Positions 37,212 to 48,545 of a stretch of DNA of 64,000 bases are shown here, piece by piece (position 1 is the first letter of the stretch; every line of letters starts with the position of its first letter). Source of the stretch: Podarcis filfolensis. Its lineage: Eukaryota. Position numbers and translations under genes: made by a program. The DNA is taken from NCBI GenBank assembly GCA_964270895.1, contig OZ185446.1. One strand, 5' to 3'. Under the pieces are notes generated by a model that saw nothing but the letters and a program-made list of their open reading frames with translations, searched no databases and had not been told where the DNA came from.

Positions 37212-38529
37212 TATTGGGTCTAAGCTGATATAAAGTCACAATGCATCACACTGCATAAAATTGTTGTTTTATTTAGTGGGTGAAAGGGTTGTAGTGTCCA
37301 TATTTGCCATTCTTTATCCTATTGTCTATTTCTGATCAGTTCTCTTAGGTTCACTTTGTAGCCAAAATGGAAGCAGCCACACACAAGTGGGAAGTATGAG
37401 AAGACTTGGGACAACCGTACGGTTTGCAGAAGTGCAAAGCATCTTGGCAGGGGAGCGGCTTAAAGGGGAGAAGAACCCCACAAACAGCCCAATCAATATT
37501 GAGCATGTTCAGTGCCCATGGAGCTCAGACTGACCACTGAGGGAGGAAGAATTTTGTATCCAGGGCTGGCCCACCATTAGGTGAAGCAAACCAACTATCG
37601 CTGTTGGCAGATGCTGAGGGGGATACCCTCCAAGTGTCACAATTTTCTAGGAACAGTCCCAGAATAACAAAAGCCATCCCGACTTCTGATTTGATCCCAG
37701 AATGTCCCTATTTCCCCCTCAAGCACCGCCGCTGCCAAGTTCAGGGAGAAGGATAAATGACAGCAGCTTTGCCTATGATAGCTGCAATGGACTATCCTGT
37801 GGCCTCTCCATGGCTGCTGCTGCCGGCCTCCTCCCTTCGGCAGCTTGTAGCAGCTGCTGGGGGAGCAGAGAAGAGTGCAGTCATGATTTATTTTATTTTT
37901 TAAAAAAATGCTTTGTGTGTCCGCATCTAATCTTGCCCCTTTCTAAAGTTTTGTTATTGCTGTGTGTGTTTCTTTCTGTAACTCTACCAAAGAATAAAAT
38001 AAAATCAAGATTAAAGAGCTTTCTCAGGACCATGGAAGGCAAGTGTTGGTGTGGTGGTGGTGACACTCGCCCTTCTTCTGATCAGAAATGCTCTACAGGG
38101 GCAGGGATACATCAAAATGGGGGTGGAGGAGGGTCAGTGGAGGGGGGAGTGCTAAATGTCCCCATTTTCATCTGAGGAATGTTGGAGGGGATGCTGTTGC
38201 CAACTGGCTTCTCCTGCGTCCCCTAATCTGACCTGCTGCTGAGGAGTGGTGGAAGACACTATCCTGTTGCCAGTGTTGATGCCAATCTGGCCGGCTCTTG
38301 CATGGGGAATTGTGAGGCTGCAAAGTGTCTTGAGCCAGCCCTACTTCTATCCTCTCATCATTTGCTCAGATTAATGAGAGGAAGAGTCCCTATTAATATC
38401 CGTCAAGCTGGGGAAGCAGTCTTCAGTTGGCACCGTCCATGACCCAGTATTGCTTCTCTGTCCCCACTTGCATTCCCTAGGAGGCCTCTGCACTCCTCAC
38501 CTCTTCCTCTGCTGCTACATTATCCTCAC

Positions 38530-38621
38530 CAAAGTCAGCTGGTAGGCGAACCTGGCAATTCCATCTTTGACAACAGCCTCCTTCCTGGCTGTTTTTAGAA
38601 GCCTGCGAGCGGATCCTGATT
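38530..38621 (-). CDS. Candidate internal exon (SGSARRLLKTARKEAVVKDGIARFAYQLTL), possibly 5'UTR instead
   Basis: Branch-like ctgac plus polypyrimidine tract plus tagcag acceptor; TTG|gtgagg donor. Confidence 0.22.
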
Positions 38622-39749
38622 CTGCTAAAACACAGGGAGGAGTCAGGGGTCGGCATGTGGGTTTCACTAAGGGCTGCCCTACCCTTTCCTCCATACGTTG
38701 GGCACCGGGCATGCAAGAGCAGGAGAGCAATGCCAGGAATGTGAGCCCTAAGGAAGCGGAAGGGTGTTTCCCTCCCATGATTATCCAGGACAGTAAGGAG
38801 CAAAGAGAGAGAAATGGCCTCTTCCCCCGCAGGGTTCTCATATCAATTTTCTCACAGGATACGTTGCTTGATGCCATTTGCTGTAGGAGAATGGGGTGCA
38901 CTCGGCTGCAAGGCAAGATATAAAGTGGCTTGAATCACAAAAAGAAGCAGCAGCTAAGTTTCCATTCATACACAGAAAATAAAGTTTGGAGCACAGTGGC
39001 ATAACCTGAATGAAATTTTTTCCTGTAGCTTCTGCTTATCTGTTCACTTCTGTAAATGTGCCCAAAGTAATAATGAGATGGAATGTAAGATAAGCATTCC
39101 GGAAGGTATTATTTAGGAATGTTGGGGGAAGGAGGGTGTTTGGAGTGCTGGGTTCCCTGTTGTATCTTTAATGAGTTCATGACTAACATATTTTGGGGAG
39201 CTGCCAGAATTCAATGGTATTGTGAAAGGCTACGGACTCCGAGGAAGGAGGCTGAAACCGAGCAGCACTTTTCCGAGACCGGTGAACATTATTTTCCTGT
39301 ACGGATTTGTAATTATTATGCCATTACTGTTGATTAGTGTCAAACTCATGTGAATACACAAGGGTTGAATAAACACTACACAGTTGTACCACACACATGA
39401 AAGCGCCATTCCACAGCACTAAGGGAAGCCTGCAAAACGGAGGATGGCGGCCCATCCGCAGGAAGTGGCCTATTCTATCTCCTTTTCATACAGCAAATTG
39501 CACACTCGTCTTTATCATTAACATGACAAAGGGTCCTTATTCATCTGAGCTTTTTTGAAAGAAAGAAAAAACAAGTGTAAAACTATCCCCTAGGAGTTAT
39601 TTTGAAATCTTTTGCTTCTAATTTCTTCACAAGATTGGATTTTTCTCACTGATACTCATGCCTTGATCTAGGACGGGGCATACTGACCTATATTTTTCAC
39701 CCCATTTATCTAGTTGCTATCCAACTAAATAATTTCTGTAATGGCTATA

Positions 39750-40150
39750 GGGGTTGCTCGTGCGTAAGTTACCGCCACTCCTGGCTAGGTTGCCTGGTTA
39801 AACCTTTTCTGTCTGGACAGCCCTTCACTTCGTGGCTGTTTCAGTCGCTAGCAGAATCCGTCAGTGGGCGTTTCTTGAACCTCTTCCAGCAAAGAAGTTC
39901 TTTGACGCCAAGTCTCCTCCTACTGTCCCTGCGCGGAAGTCTTCTGCGCAGGGTGGGTGTGGGCAGCGGAGGACCCGTGCTCTCCCCGCTGGTCTCCGGC
40001 AAGGAGTCCTGGAGCCCTCTCTCTGCTTCCCCCATCTGCCCCCCTTTATCCCTGGTGTTACTCTGATTTCCTTCCCCAGCCGATGAGCTGCCTCTCTCCC
40101 TGCTGGGCCCTTCTCCAGCATCGCTTTGGAGCCTTGCCTCCGCCTCTAGC
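39750..40150. promoter_or_regulatory. CpG-enriched promoter-like patch
   Basis: CpG visibly higher than the flanks outside young repeats. GCGCGGAAGT (ETS) at 39931, TGCGCA at 39945, TGACG half-CRE at 39903 and (reverse) 39859, GGGCG box; minus-strand donor GGCG|gtaact at 39773. Confidence 0.45.
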
Positions 40151-40744
40151 TCCGATGGCAGTTCCCTGACAATTTCTTTTACTTGATTTTACTTTGAGTA
40201 TATCACCCTATGTGTTTATTCAATGCCCAGGATAAAAAAGGAAGATGCCTCAGAGTGAATATTCCAAAATGAGACTCAAACGCTTTCTGAATTTAGACGC
40301 AATGGCTCAGTGTTGATTCAGCTTCCTTAAGTGACATAATAGATGAAGGCTGTAGGTGAGCACATATCAAACCCGAAATAAACATGTAAAACATCTGTGC
40401 ACATGATGCTGAGTTAATAACGAAGCAAAAATCATGTTATTTATTTCATGCCGCCTTTTACAGCATGGTTCTCACAAGGCAGCTTACCACCAAAGTATAA
40501 AATACTGTACACTGAAATATGCCTGAGGAGAAAATTAGCTTGGTTCCCATTTTAATGTGAATCTAATTTGAATCTCCTGAAATAATACACAAGCTGGAAC
40601 GCAGCTATCCTTCGAAGTGTGCACTTCTCCATATTTTGCAATGCAGTTCTTCAATCAAAAGAAGGTACTCCAAAATGGGTGTACTGTATATAAAGGGGTT
40701 AATTTACATAAAAAGTGGTTGGGCTCAGCTCTCATGCTGGTGCT

Positions 40745-41590
40745 GTTACCTGAGGGTGGTGGGACTGACTGGGTATTCAACGGATTCTGGGATCGCTAAG
40801 CCCTGCCCTGGAAAATCCTCCCACCTGCTTGGCAGGCCCACAGCTGTTGATCAAACAGAGACTGGTAGGGGTAGTGGAGGAACAGGTCTGCACAATCCCA
40901 CCCTCAGCTCAGCATAAAGGAGGTTTCTGTCAAAATAAATACCTGAAGAATATTTACATGTCCCACATGTCAGTGGGACCCCATAGCTCAGGGTTGACCC
41001 CCCTACATATCAACCAGCAGTCAGGCTGGTTGATACTGGGTAAATACCCAGTGCCTTGGCCAAAGCTTACTTAAATCTGTAATCAATAAAAGTTGTGGTC
41101 TACCTCAGCCCAATACAAATCTCCCACGTCTTATTCAGGGCTGGATTAACCATTACGCAAAAGAAGCATGTGCTGAGGGCATCAAGGGAAGGGGGTGGGC
41201 ACCACAGAAATTCTCCATTGTGGATTTTTAACATTAATGGTCACAAATTGCTCAGCTAAGTGTTCATTTTTTCAGTTGAAGGATATTAAAGTTCCCAACA
41301 GAACAACTATGCAACAAGGCAGACTGGATGCCTCATCTCCACTAAGTATAGGAGTGGATGTGTTACGTAAGATTAGTTTTGAGAAAGTATACAAAAATAA
41401 ACATTATTTTCCATCTTACTGTAGGTTTTGTTTCATTTTGAAAAATAAAATTTTATTTTGCAGTTTATTATTGTTTAGATATATATGGGGGCACCAAATC
41501 TTTTAAGTGCATTTAGGGCCTCTAAACGTCTTAATCCGGCCCTGGTCCTATTTCTATGGTTCACCCATCACTGTGCCGTGGGCATCACAC
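40745..41590. mobile_element. Possible degenerate LTR-like element interrupted by a hAT MITE
   Basis: TG...CA ends and AATAAAAGTTGTGG polyA-like motif at ~41085; boundaries uncertain. Confidence 0.3.
41136..41544. mobile_element. hAT-type MITE
   Basis: TIR CAGGGCTGGATTAA / TTAATCCGGCCCTG (13/14 match); 8-bp TSD GTCTTATT / GTCCTATT. Confidence 0.85.
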
Positions 41591-42156
41591 ACCTGGGCCT
41601 GTAAGAATTGGAACAGCAAAAAAAGAAAAAAGAAAGAACACCCTGTCAGCCAAAGTTCACTAAAAGTCAATCCAAAAACACCGTTTTGCATTCTTGCAAA
41701 GCTTTGGATTAGGCTTTTATTTCAACCAAATAAAGAACTGGGTCAATCTCATTATTTAATCAACCTTTTTACTGCACAGAGGGTGGTGAAGGTGCCAAGA
41801 GCTATTAAAGTGCGCTGTGGCAAAAAAGGAATTCAAGCTAGGTCTGCCAAAGCTGAAGGATGACAACCTGATAGGAGCCCCCACCCAACCTTCTGTCTCC
41901 AGAGAATACTTTTTAGGATGTCTGTCTAAGGATGCACCAAAGAACCACTGCATAATGCAAATAATCTAGGCTGTGTTATTCCAGGCACATGTTCAGGACA
42001 TACAAGCGCTGCCCTCACCTCTGTCCTGCGAGAACAGAGAGTGTATCCTGCGCCATATAACCAGCACTCCTTTGCGGTGGCACATTGCAGTAGAAGGTCA
42101 GTAGGAGCAGACAAGGGGTCTCCCAGGAAAGTTTCCTCATCCTTACTGATCCTTAC

Positions 42157-42348
42157 AGCCCTGTGGAACGCCCTCCCATCAGATGTCAAAGCGATAAACA
42201 ACTACCTGACATTCAGAAGACATCTGAAGGCAGCCCTGTTCAGGGAAGTTTTTAATATGTGACATTTTAGTGTATTTTTCATCTTTGTTGGAAGCCACCC
42301 AGAATGGCTGGGGAAACCCAGCCAGATGGGCGGGATACAAATAAATTA

Positions 42349-42396
<48 letters not shown>

Positions 42397-42397
42397 C
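42157..42397 (+). mobile_element. L2 3' end with (TAT)n tail
   Basis: GCCCTGTGGAACGCCCTCCCATCAGATGTC...CCCAGCCAGATGGGCGGG followed by (TAT)n at 42345-42397. Confidence 0.92.
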
Positions 42398-43207
42398 TCA
42401 TTGAGAAACCGCAGAGTACTTTCAAAGGAAACATTCCCCAAACCACTGAAAACGACACTGATTTAAAAGAACTGTGAAATCCAAAAGAACTGTGAAATTC
42501 CAAATGCATCTGTCAAAAGAGGCAAGTGGTGACCAGAGACAGGATGGAGCTTGGGGATGGTGATTACAAGCAAAATGTGAGAGAATATTCAGGGGGCAAT
42601 GCACTGTTGTGGGTTTTTTTTCCAGTTCTATATATACTTGAAGTCACCGCCATATGAAGGTCGATGAGCCTCCTTCATGCAGCAGCAGCAGCTTCAACTT
42701 CTCACACTTTCCCCCTCATCCGCTCTCCTTTTCCCTTCTGCTGCTCTAGTGGTTTAGAAGAGGAAAGTCTCAATGTCTCTCTTCAATGCTGACACTTCCA
42801 GCATGCCTGTTGTACAGAATGGTGCAAGGGCAGCAGGCAGACCAGGCACCATGGGAATGGAATTTCCCCCAGATACTAGGCCTTGAGGTGCCTTGGGAAA
42901 ACAATATTTTCCAAGGTATCTGGTGCTCTGTCCTTGCAATATTCCCCACTAATGGGATGAGGGAAGTTGGAGAGAGGAAGAGAAAAACTCTTGTTCCTAT
43001 CTCCTCCTTTCTTACCCTATGGCTGCCATCACAGCTGCAACAAAAGTAGGAGGGGTGGAATTAAAGGAAGTATTCACCAACTTTGATTAAAATATATCCA
43101 TAAATTATTTCCCTCACATTGAATGGAAGCATTATGAACAACCAGAGTTTATATTCAGAGCCTGGAACTTTATAACTTTGAGAGTAGTTATACTCTCAAA
43201 GTATATA

Positions 43208-43452
43208 GAGTGGTACCTCAGGTTACATACGCTTCAGGTTACATACGCTTCAGGTTACAGACTCCACTGTACAGACAGAAATAGTACCTCGGGTTAAGAA
43301 CTTTGCTTCAGGATGAGAACAGAAATCGTGCTCCAGCAGTGCGGCAGCAGCGGGAGGCCCCATCAGCTAAAGTGGTGCTTCAGGTTAAGAACAGTTTCAG
43401 GTTAAGAACGGACCTCTGGAACGAATTAAGTACTTAACCCGAGGTACCACTG
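43208..43452 (-). mobile_element. Tigger-like MITE, ~240 bp
   Basis: TIRs (first base mutated) in a (TA)n context. Confidence 0.92.
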
Positions 43453-43511
43453 TATATATATATATACTATGACCTGACCAATCACTGTTATCTGCTTTGT
43501 TTTGTTTGCAG

Positions 43512-43546
43512 TAGTAGATGAAAGGGCAACCATTGAAAAGTTACAG
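43512..43546 (+). CDS. Candidate 35-nt internal exon (VDERATIEKLQ)
   Basis: tgctttgttttgtttgcag acceptor, CAG|gtgaat donor, open frame. Confidence 0.2.
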
Positions 43547-45229
43547 GTGAATATACAAGCTTTTAACCCTAGAGCACTGATTCTTGTATTAAAAAGTGCT
43601 GGTGTTTTACATTATATCTATACTTAGTTTAAGTGAAGAACATTGGACTGCACTGTAAAAAAATAGCCTTTTTATTTTCTGTTCTTAAATGTTTTCTTTT
43701 CAGTTTTGTGGTATTCAAAAATGACACCACAAAACCTAACACCATTGAAATTACACCTTTTAGCCTATGATATAAGAAACAGAGCAGTAAATCACCTGAT
43801 GATTTAAAAGAAATAGAAACCTCTTAGGAAAAAATTGTTGAATAACTATGAGGACTCTTCCATCATTTGGAGTGGGGGCTGGAATTAAGGCGTGTACGTG
43901 TGTGCAGGGATTTTCACTAATGTACCAGCTTAATATTTTGATTGGCAAAGAAAATATTCTTTGAAGTTTCATGTAACACTGAACTGCCCCACCCCCCAAA
44001 AGGAAACCAGAATTTATGTCATGACTTCTTAGACATACAGAATGACAGTTATCCTGACCACAGCTTGCAGGGTGCCCAGATATAAATGAGGGTGATTAAA
44101 TTTAAGGGATATTTTTTACACAGCTAAGAAATTTAAAATGCATGCATATAGGGAAATATATTTCTTAATCTTAAGAATGTGTATTGCCCAAGTTGTGACT
44201 CCTGTTGGCACCAGGGGAACAACTTGGTCAAATTCAGTCTTCTTGCTTTTAGTTGGCCTTTGGTCACAATGAACTTTAGCTGGAACAGTGCCTAAAACAA
44301 AAGCTTGTTGCAAGTTTCATTCTCAAATCACCCAAATGTGGGAATGTAAAAATTACTTTGAGAAAGAAGATGCATTCCACCACTCATGTCACCTATTGTT
44401 TTATCTTCTAAGGTTAGAGTTTTTAGGAAAGGAATATTAATCAGGGTGTAGCTAAGTGATGTCATGATTATCATGAGAGGTGGTATCTGGTAAAATCATT
44501 AATTTGGAGATCTGTGTGGAGCTGAGGCATGATCTGGGCCTCAATGTACTCATTTCAAGGTCATTTATGCATATACATGTACGGTTTCTTCCGATGACAG
44601 AGCTTCTCTGGGATGCATCCCTTTCATCAGCATAAGACACTGTGCAGGAATCAATTTGAACACAGCAGGCCATCCACCAGAGATGGAATTCTGGCATGGA
44701 AGCCCCTCTAGGCTCTCTTAAAAGTCTGGGACTAGGTCCGCCGTGCTCCTATTAGATGCACATCAGGCTTTCCTTCCGAAGTAAACATCCTCTGTGGTGT
44801 ACTTACCAAGCCAATTAAAAACAAAGGGGAAAGAAAAGAGAATTCCAGCTTGCTTTGAGGATCACTGGAGTGTGCTGAGGCTGCTTGGATGACAGAAATA
44901 AAGGGCATGGAAATGACTTGAAGGCAGGCGTGGCTGGACAAAAGGAACAAGGTCTAATTTACCAGATTGTGGCAGAAGTGAAGGAAAGGAGGGAGGGGAG
45001 GAGCGAGGAGCAATTGGAAAAACAATTCCTCCAAAGAAATCATTCTCAAGTTCTTCTCACTGTGAGGAGAATTGCAGGACGCCAGGGGAAGATCACTCTT
45101 GTGCATTTTGTGCCTGTTTGGGACATTTGGACACAAAATCACATACATGTGCACACGTCTAAGTACTAATAGAGGCACTAGTCACCGCAAATCCTGCTTA
45201 ACTGCTGTGAGGCCACATTTCTATACACT

Positions 45230-45340
45230 GGTGGTGGCTAACCTGTGGTGCTCTAGATGTTACTGGACTACATAACCCATCAAGCCTGACTGATGGGAGT
45301 TCGAGTCCAGCAACATCTGGAGGCCACAAGTCAGCCACTC
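45230..45340. mobile_element. Degenerate short palindromic hAT-type MITE
   Basis: GTGGCTAACCTGTGG...GGACTACA...TCCAGCAACATCTGGAGG...GTCAGCCAC inverted structure. Confidence 0.55.
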
Positions 45341-45488
45341 TGGCTATACACACTTAACTGGGAGAAAGTCCCACTGATGTCAATGGATCTTACTTCTGAG
45401 TAGGCATGAATAGGATCACATGGTACATCTCCTCAGGCCTGTTTCCAGTCAGTGATTGTCCTGAATGAATACATTTCTCCCCTTCTCT

Positions 45489-45899
45489 TTTTTTTTATAA
45501 ATATTTATTAGATTTTCCAATTTTATATAAACACAAAAAGAAAAAGAAAAAGAAAAATATTAAAAACAAATCAATTTCTATAGCAATCCTTCAATAACAT
45601 ATTTCTTTGACTTCCTCATACCTCCCCTTCTTGTTTTCTAGTTCAACTTGTTAATTCAGCAAATCCTAATCTCTTAACATTCCTTTTAAAATAACACCTT
45701 ATTTTCCACTCAACTTTTTTAAATTTAATAACTTAAACAATTTTTGTCCCTATTATCTTTATCATAACAGCTAGAGACCACAAAAGTTCAATCCAACATC
45801 TTTTCAGAGTTCATTAATTTTGTAGTATTTCTGTAAATAGTCCTTAAATTTCTTCCAATCTTCTTCTGCTGACTTTTCTCCCTGGTCGCGGATTCTGCC
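45489..45899 (-). mobile_element. L1 LINE 3' end, same family as 3958-4485
   Basis: Highly similar to 3958-4370; perfect 17-bp TSD CATTTCTCCCCTTCTCT at 45472-45488 and 45900-45916. Confidence 0.88.
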
Positions 45900-45919
45900 C
45901 ATTTCTCCCCTTCTCTGTA

Positions 45920-46161
45920 CAGTGGTACCTCGGGTTACATAAGCTTCAGGTTACATACGCTTCAGGTTACAGACTCTGCTAACCCAGAAATAGTACCTCG
46001 GGTTAAGAACTTTACTTCAGGATGAGAACAGAAATCGTGCTCCGGCGGTGCTCCGGCAGCAGGAGGCCCCATTAGCTTAAGTGGTTCTTCAGGATAAGAA
46101 CAGTTTCAGGTTAAGAACGGACCTCCAGAACGAATTAAGTTCTTAACCTGAGGTACCACTG
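45920..46161 (-). mobile_element. Tigger-like MITE, ~240 bp
   Basis: TIRs and TA TSD; starts 3 bp from the L1 TSD. Confidence 0.93.
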
Positions 46162-46272
46162 TACTAGTTAATGGAGGAAACACCACAAGTAAATAAATGA
46201 ATAATATATTGTTGAATTGTTTTGATAATGCTTGGAATGCAAAACAAGAAAACAGCAGCAAAGAACACCCTA

Positions 46273-46626
46273 GGTAAAGGTAAAGGGGCCCCTGACCATT
46301 AGGTCCAGTCGTGGCTGACTCTGGGGTTGCGGTGCTCATCTCGCTTTATTGGCCGAGGGAGCCGGCGTTTGCTTCCGGGTCATGTGACCAGCATGACTAA
46401 GCTGCTTCTGGCGAACCAGAGCAGCGCACGGAAACGCCGTTTACCTTCCCACTAGAGCGGTACCTATTGATCTACTTGCACTTTGACATGCTTTCGAACT
46501 GCTAGGTTGGCAGGAGCAGGGACCGAGCAACGGGAGCTCACCCCGTCGTGGGGATTCAAACCGCCGACCTTCTGATCAGCAAGCCCAAGAGGCTCAGTGG
46601 TTTAACCCACAGCACCACCCGCGTCC
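46273..46626 (-). mobile_element. Sauria SINE, full length
   Basis: Reverse complement of the family at 18980; GGTAAAGGTAAA tail. Confidence 0.95.
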
Positions 46627-48200
46627 TAAAAAAAAGAGCACGCCTAAAGACTCATAAAATGTATTAGGTCTGCTGGAGATTCCTCAAGACCTGCTAGAGA
46701 TTATGATTATGATTATTTAAATTTATATATCACCTTTCATCATAAAATCTCATAACCTGGATCTTTAAAATGCAGTCAAGATATGCACATTACCCAGGGC
46801 CTGTTGATTATGTACATTGGCATATTATGTGCACATTCTCCATGAAGTCTGGAGAATGTGCACAGATGACCAGTTGTTATGCGCATTAATGTTCCACTTA
46901 CATTACCTCTGAACATGTTTCAGACACGGTTGTGGGGCAGGAGGAAATTGTAAATAGTGAGGTCAGAGGGAAATGAAATGTAGAAAGTACAGAGACAGTG
47001 ATAATTATGTAATAAAATTACTTATTGTGTAATTAACACAATAATAAACAGTAATGCATGTGTACTTGAGAGTGGTTATTTAGAATGCAGACATTTTGGC
47101 ATTGAAAAGCTAATTAACATATGCAGTGCAATTAAAAAAAAAAGAATTTGGTCCAGTTCAATCCACAAGTGATTGATTGAACCTCTTGATGAAGTGTTGT
47201 TCAGTGGTTTCTTGGAACATCACCTTTTCCAGCATGGCTACCTTAAGGTAGAAGACACCCCCTTTTTTTTAATAGTGCCATTTCAGCTGTCCAGTTTATT
47301 CCCATTTATTATTTTGCATCAAAACTCCCTTGGTTGTCCTATGCAGAACGCAGAAGAGCATTTCTGGCAGATACTGGCATATATTAGGAAGAGGAAAATA
47401 AGGGAAGGAATGAGATGGACTCATAAATCATAAGATTTCTTTACTCATGTTTTTGAAATATAAAATAGCCCATATGTAGAATTAAATTGTATAAGAACTG
47501 CTATGACTACAAGCCTGAATGAGGCATACTCAGGCTTAAATGCTACCCAACAGAGAGATAAAGCCCTTTCAGAAAAATCTGGATTCAGCAGCTGAAAATG
47601 GCACATAGCTCATGGGTGTTCTTGTATCGTTTTTATAAAACACATGTCTGGGCCAAGAAGAACATTTCTTTTTTCCTTTTTCAGCCAGGCAACATGCTTA
47701 TGGATTTTGCATTAAGGCAAAGCAGAAAGTTCTCATCTCCACAGGGATTAATAACCATACAAAATAATAGACTGCAATGTGTATATTATTTACATGACAT
47801 AGTGCTTCTCATGGGACTTCCATCACAGGAAGAACATGGAACAAGTGCAAATGAAATACTGTAGGAAAGAACACAAAGAGCAATAATGCCGAAAGCCAAG
47901 AAGATGAAAGCCCGTGATATGAATCAACACTGTTTGTTATTTCCACTCCTCTTTTTTTCCATATACAAAGTAATTATAATGGGTAAACCAGTAACATTTC
48001 ATAGTAGGAAGCATTAATCTGATCACCTCCGCCCTATCTAGAGAGAAATAAGGTCAAATAAGCTCCACTGGGTCCCATCTTAACTTTTCATCAAGACTTC
48101 CATGAGTTGAATGCCACTAAATCCTGCCAATTTGGTGCTGCAAGGAAGATGTGGTGAGAGGAAGCCTTTTTACCCACTTCAGATTTCTTTGCCTGTAGAG

Positions 48201-48328
48201 CAGGCATGGCCAAACTTGGCCCTCCAGCTGTTTTGGGACTACAACTCCTATCATCCCTAGCTAACAGGTCAGGGATGATGGGAACTGTAGTCCCAAAACA
48301 GCTGGAGGGCCAAGTTTGGCCATGCCTG
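48201..48328. mobile_element. hAT-type palindromic MITE, 128 bp
   Basis: CAGGCATGGCCAAACTTGGCCCTCCAGCTGTTTTGGGACTACA and its exact inverse; perfect 8-bp TSD CTGTAGAG. Confidence 0.93.
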
Positions 48329-48404
48329 CTGTAGAGACAATGCCTTTGAGGTTCTAAACAGCTGGCTGGTTTTACAAGTCCCTGTCCTTCCAGAGCCTTC
48401 CAGA

Positions 48405-48545
48405 AGATGACCAACAAGTAGGCGGGCCCAGAGCCAGTGACAGGCAGAGACACACCCTGATTGGTTGTAAGTAAGAAGGCAGTCGGCGGTGGGAAGGCTG
48501 GCTGAGGGCAGCCTGAAGTTGATGCCCTATTGATGTACCACTGGC
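48405..48545 (+). mobile_element. Partial copy of the MITE family at 51656-51949
   Basis: Shared CCAACAAGTAGG...AGAGCC...GGTTGTAAGTAAGAAGGCAG...CCACTG. Confidence 0.55.

Noticed and set aside
37702-38175. 157-aa ORF
   Set aside because: Begins in a DNA-transposon remnant and crosses T-rich and G-rich low-complexity sequence.
43016-43034. CDGSH peptide in one frame of a 19-nt candidate exon
   Set aside because: No upstream C-x-C-x2-(S/T)-x3-P-x part of the CISD motif could be found; probably coincidence.
44801-44850. Perfect minus-strand donor GGTAAGT preceded by a polypyrimidine tract
   Set aside because: No AG between the tract and the donor, so no microexon can be defined.
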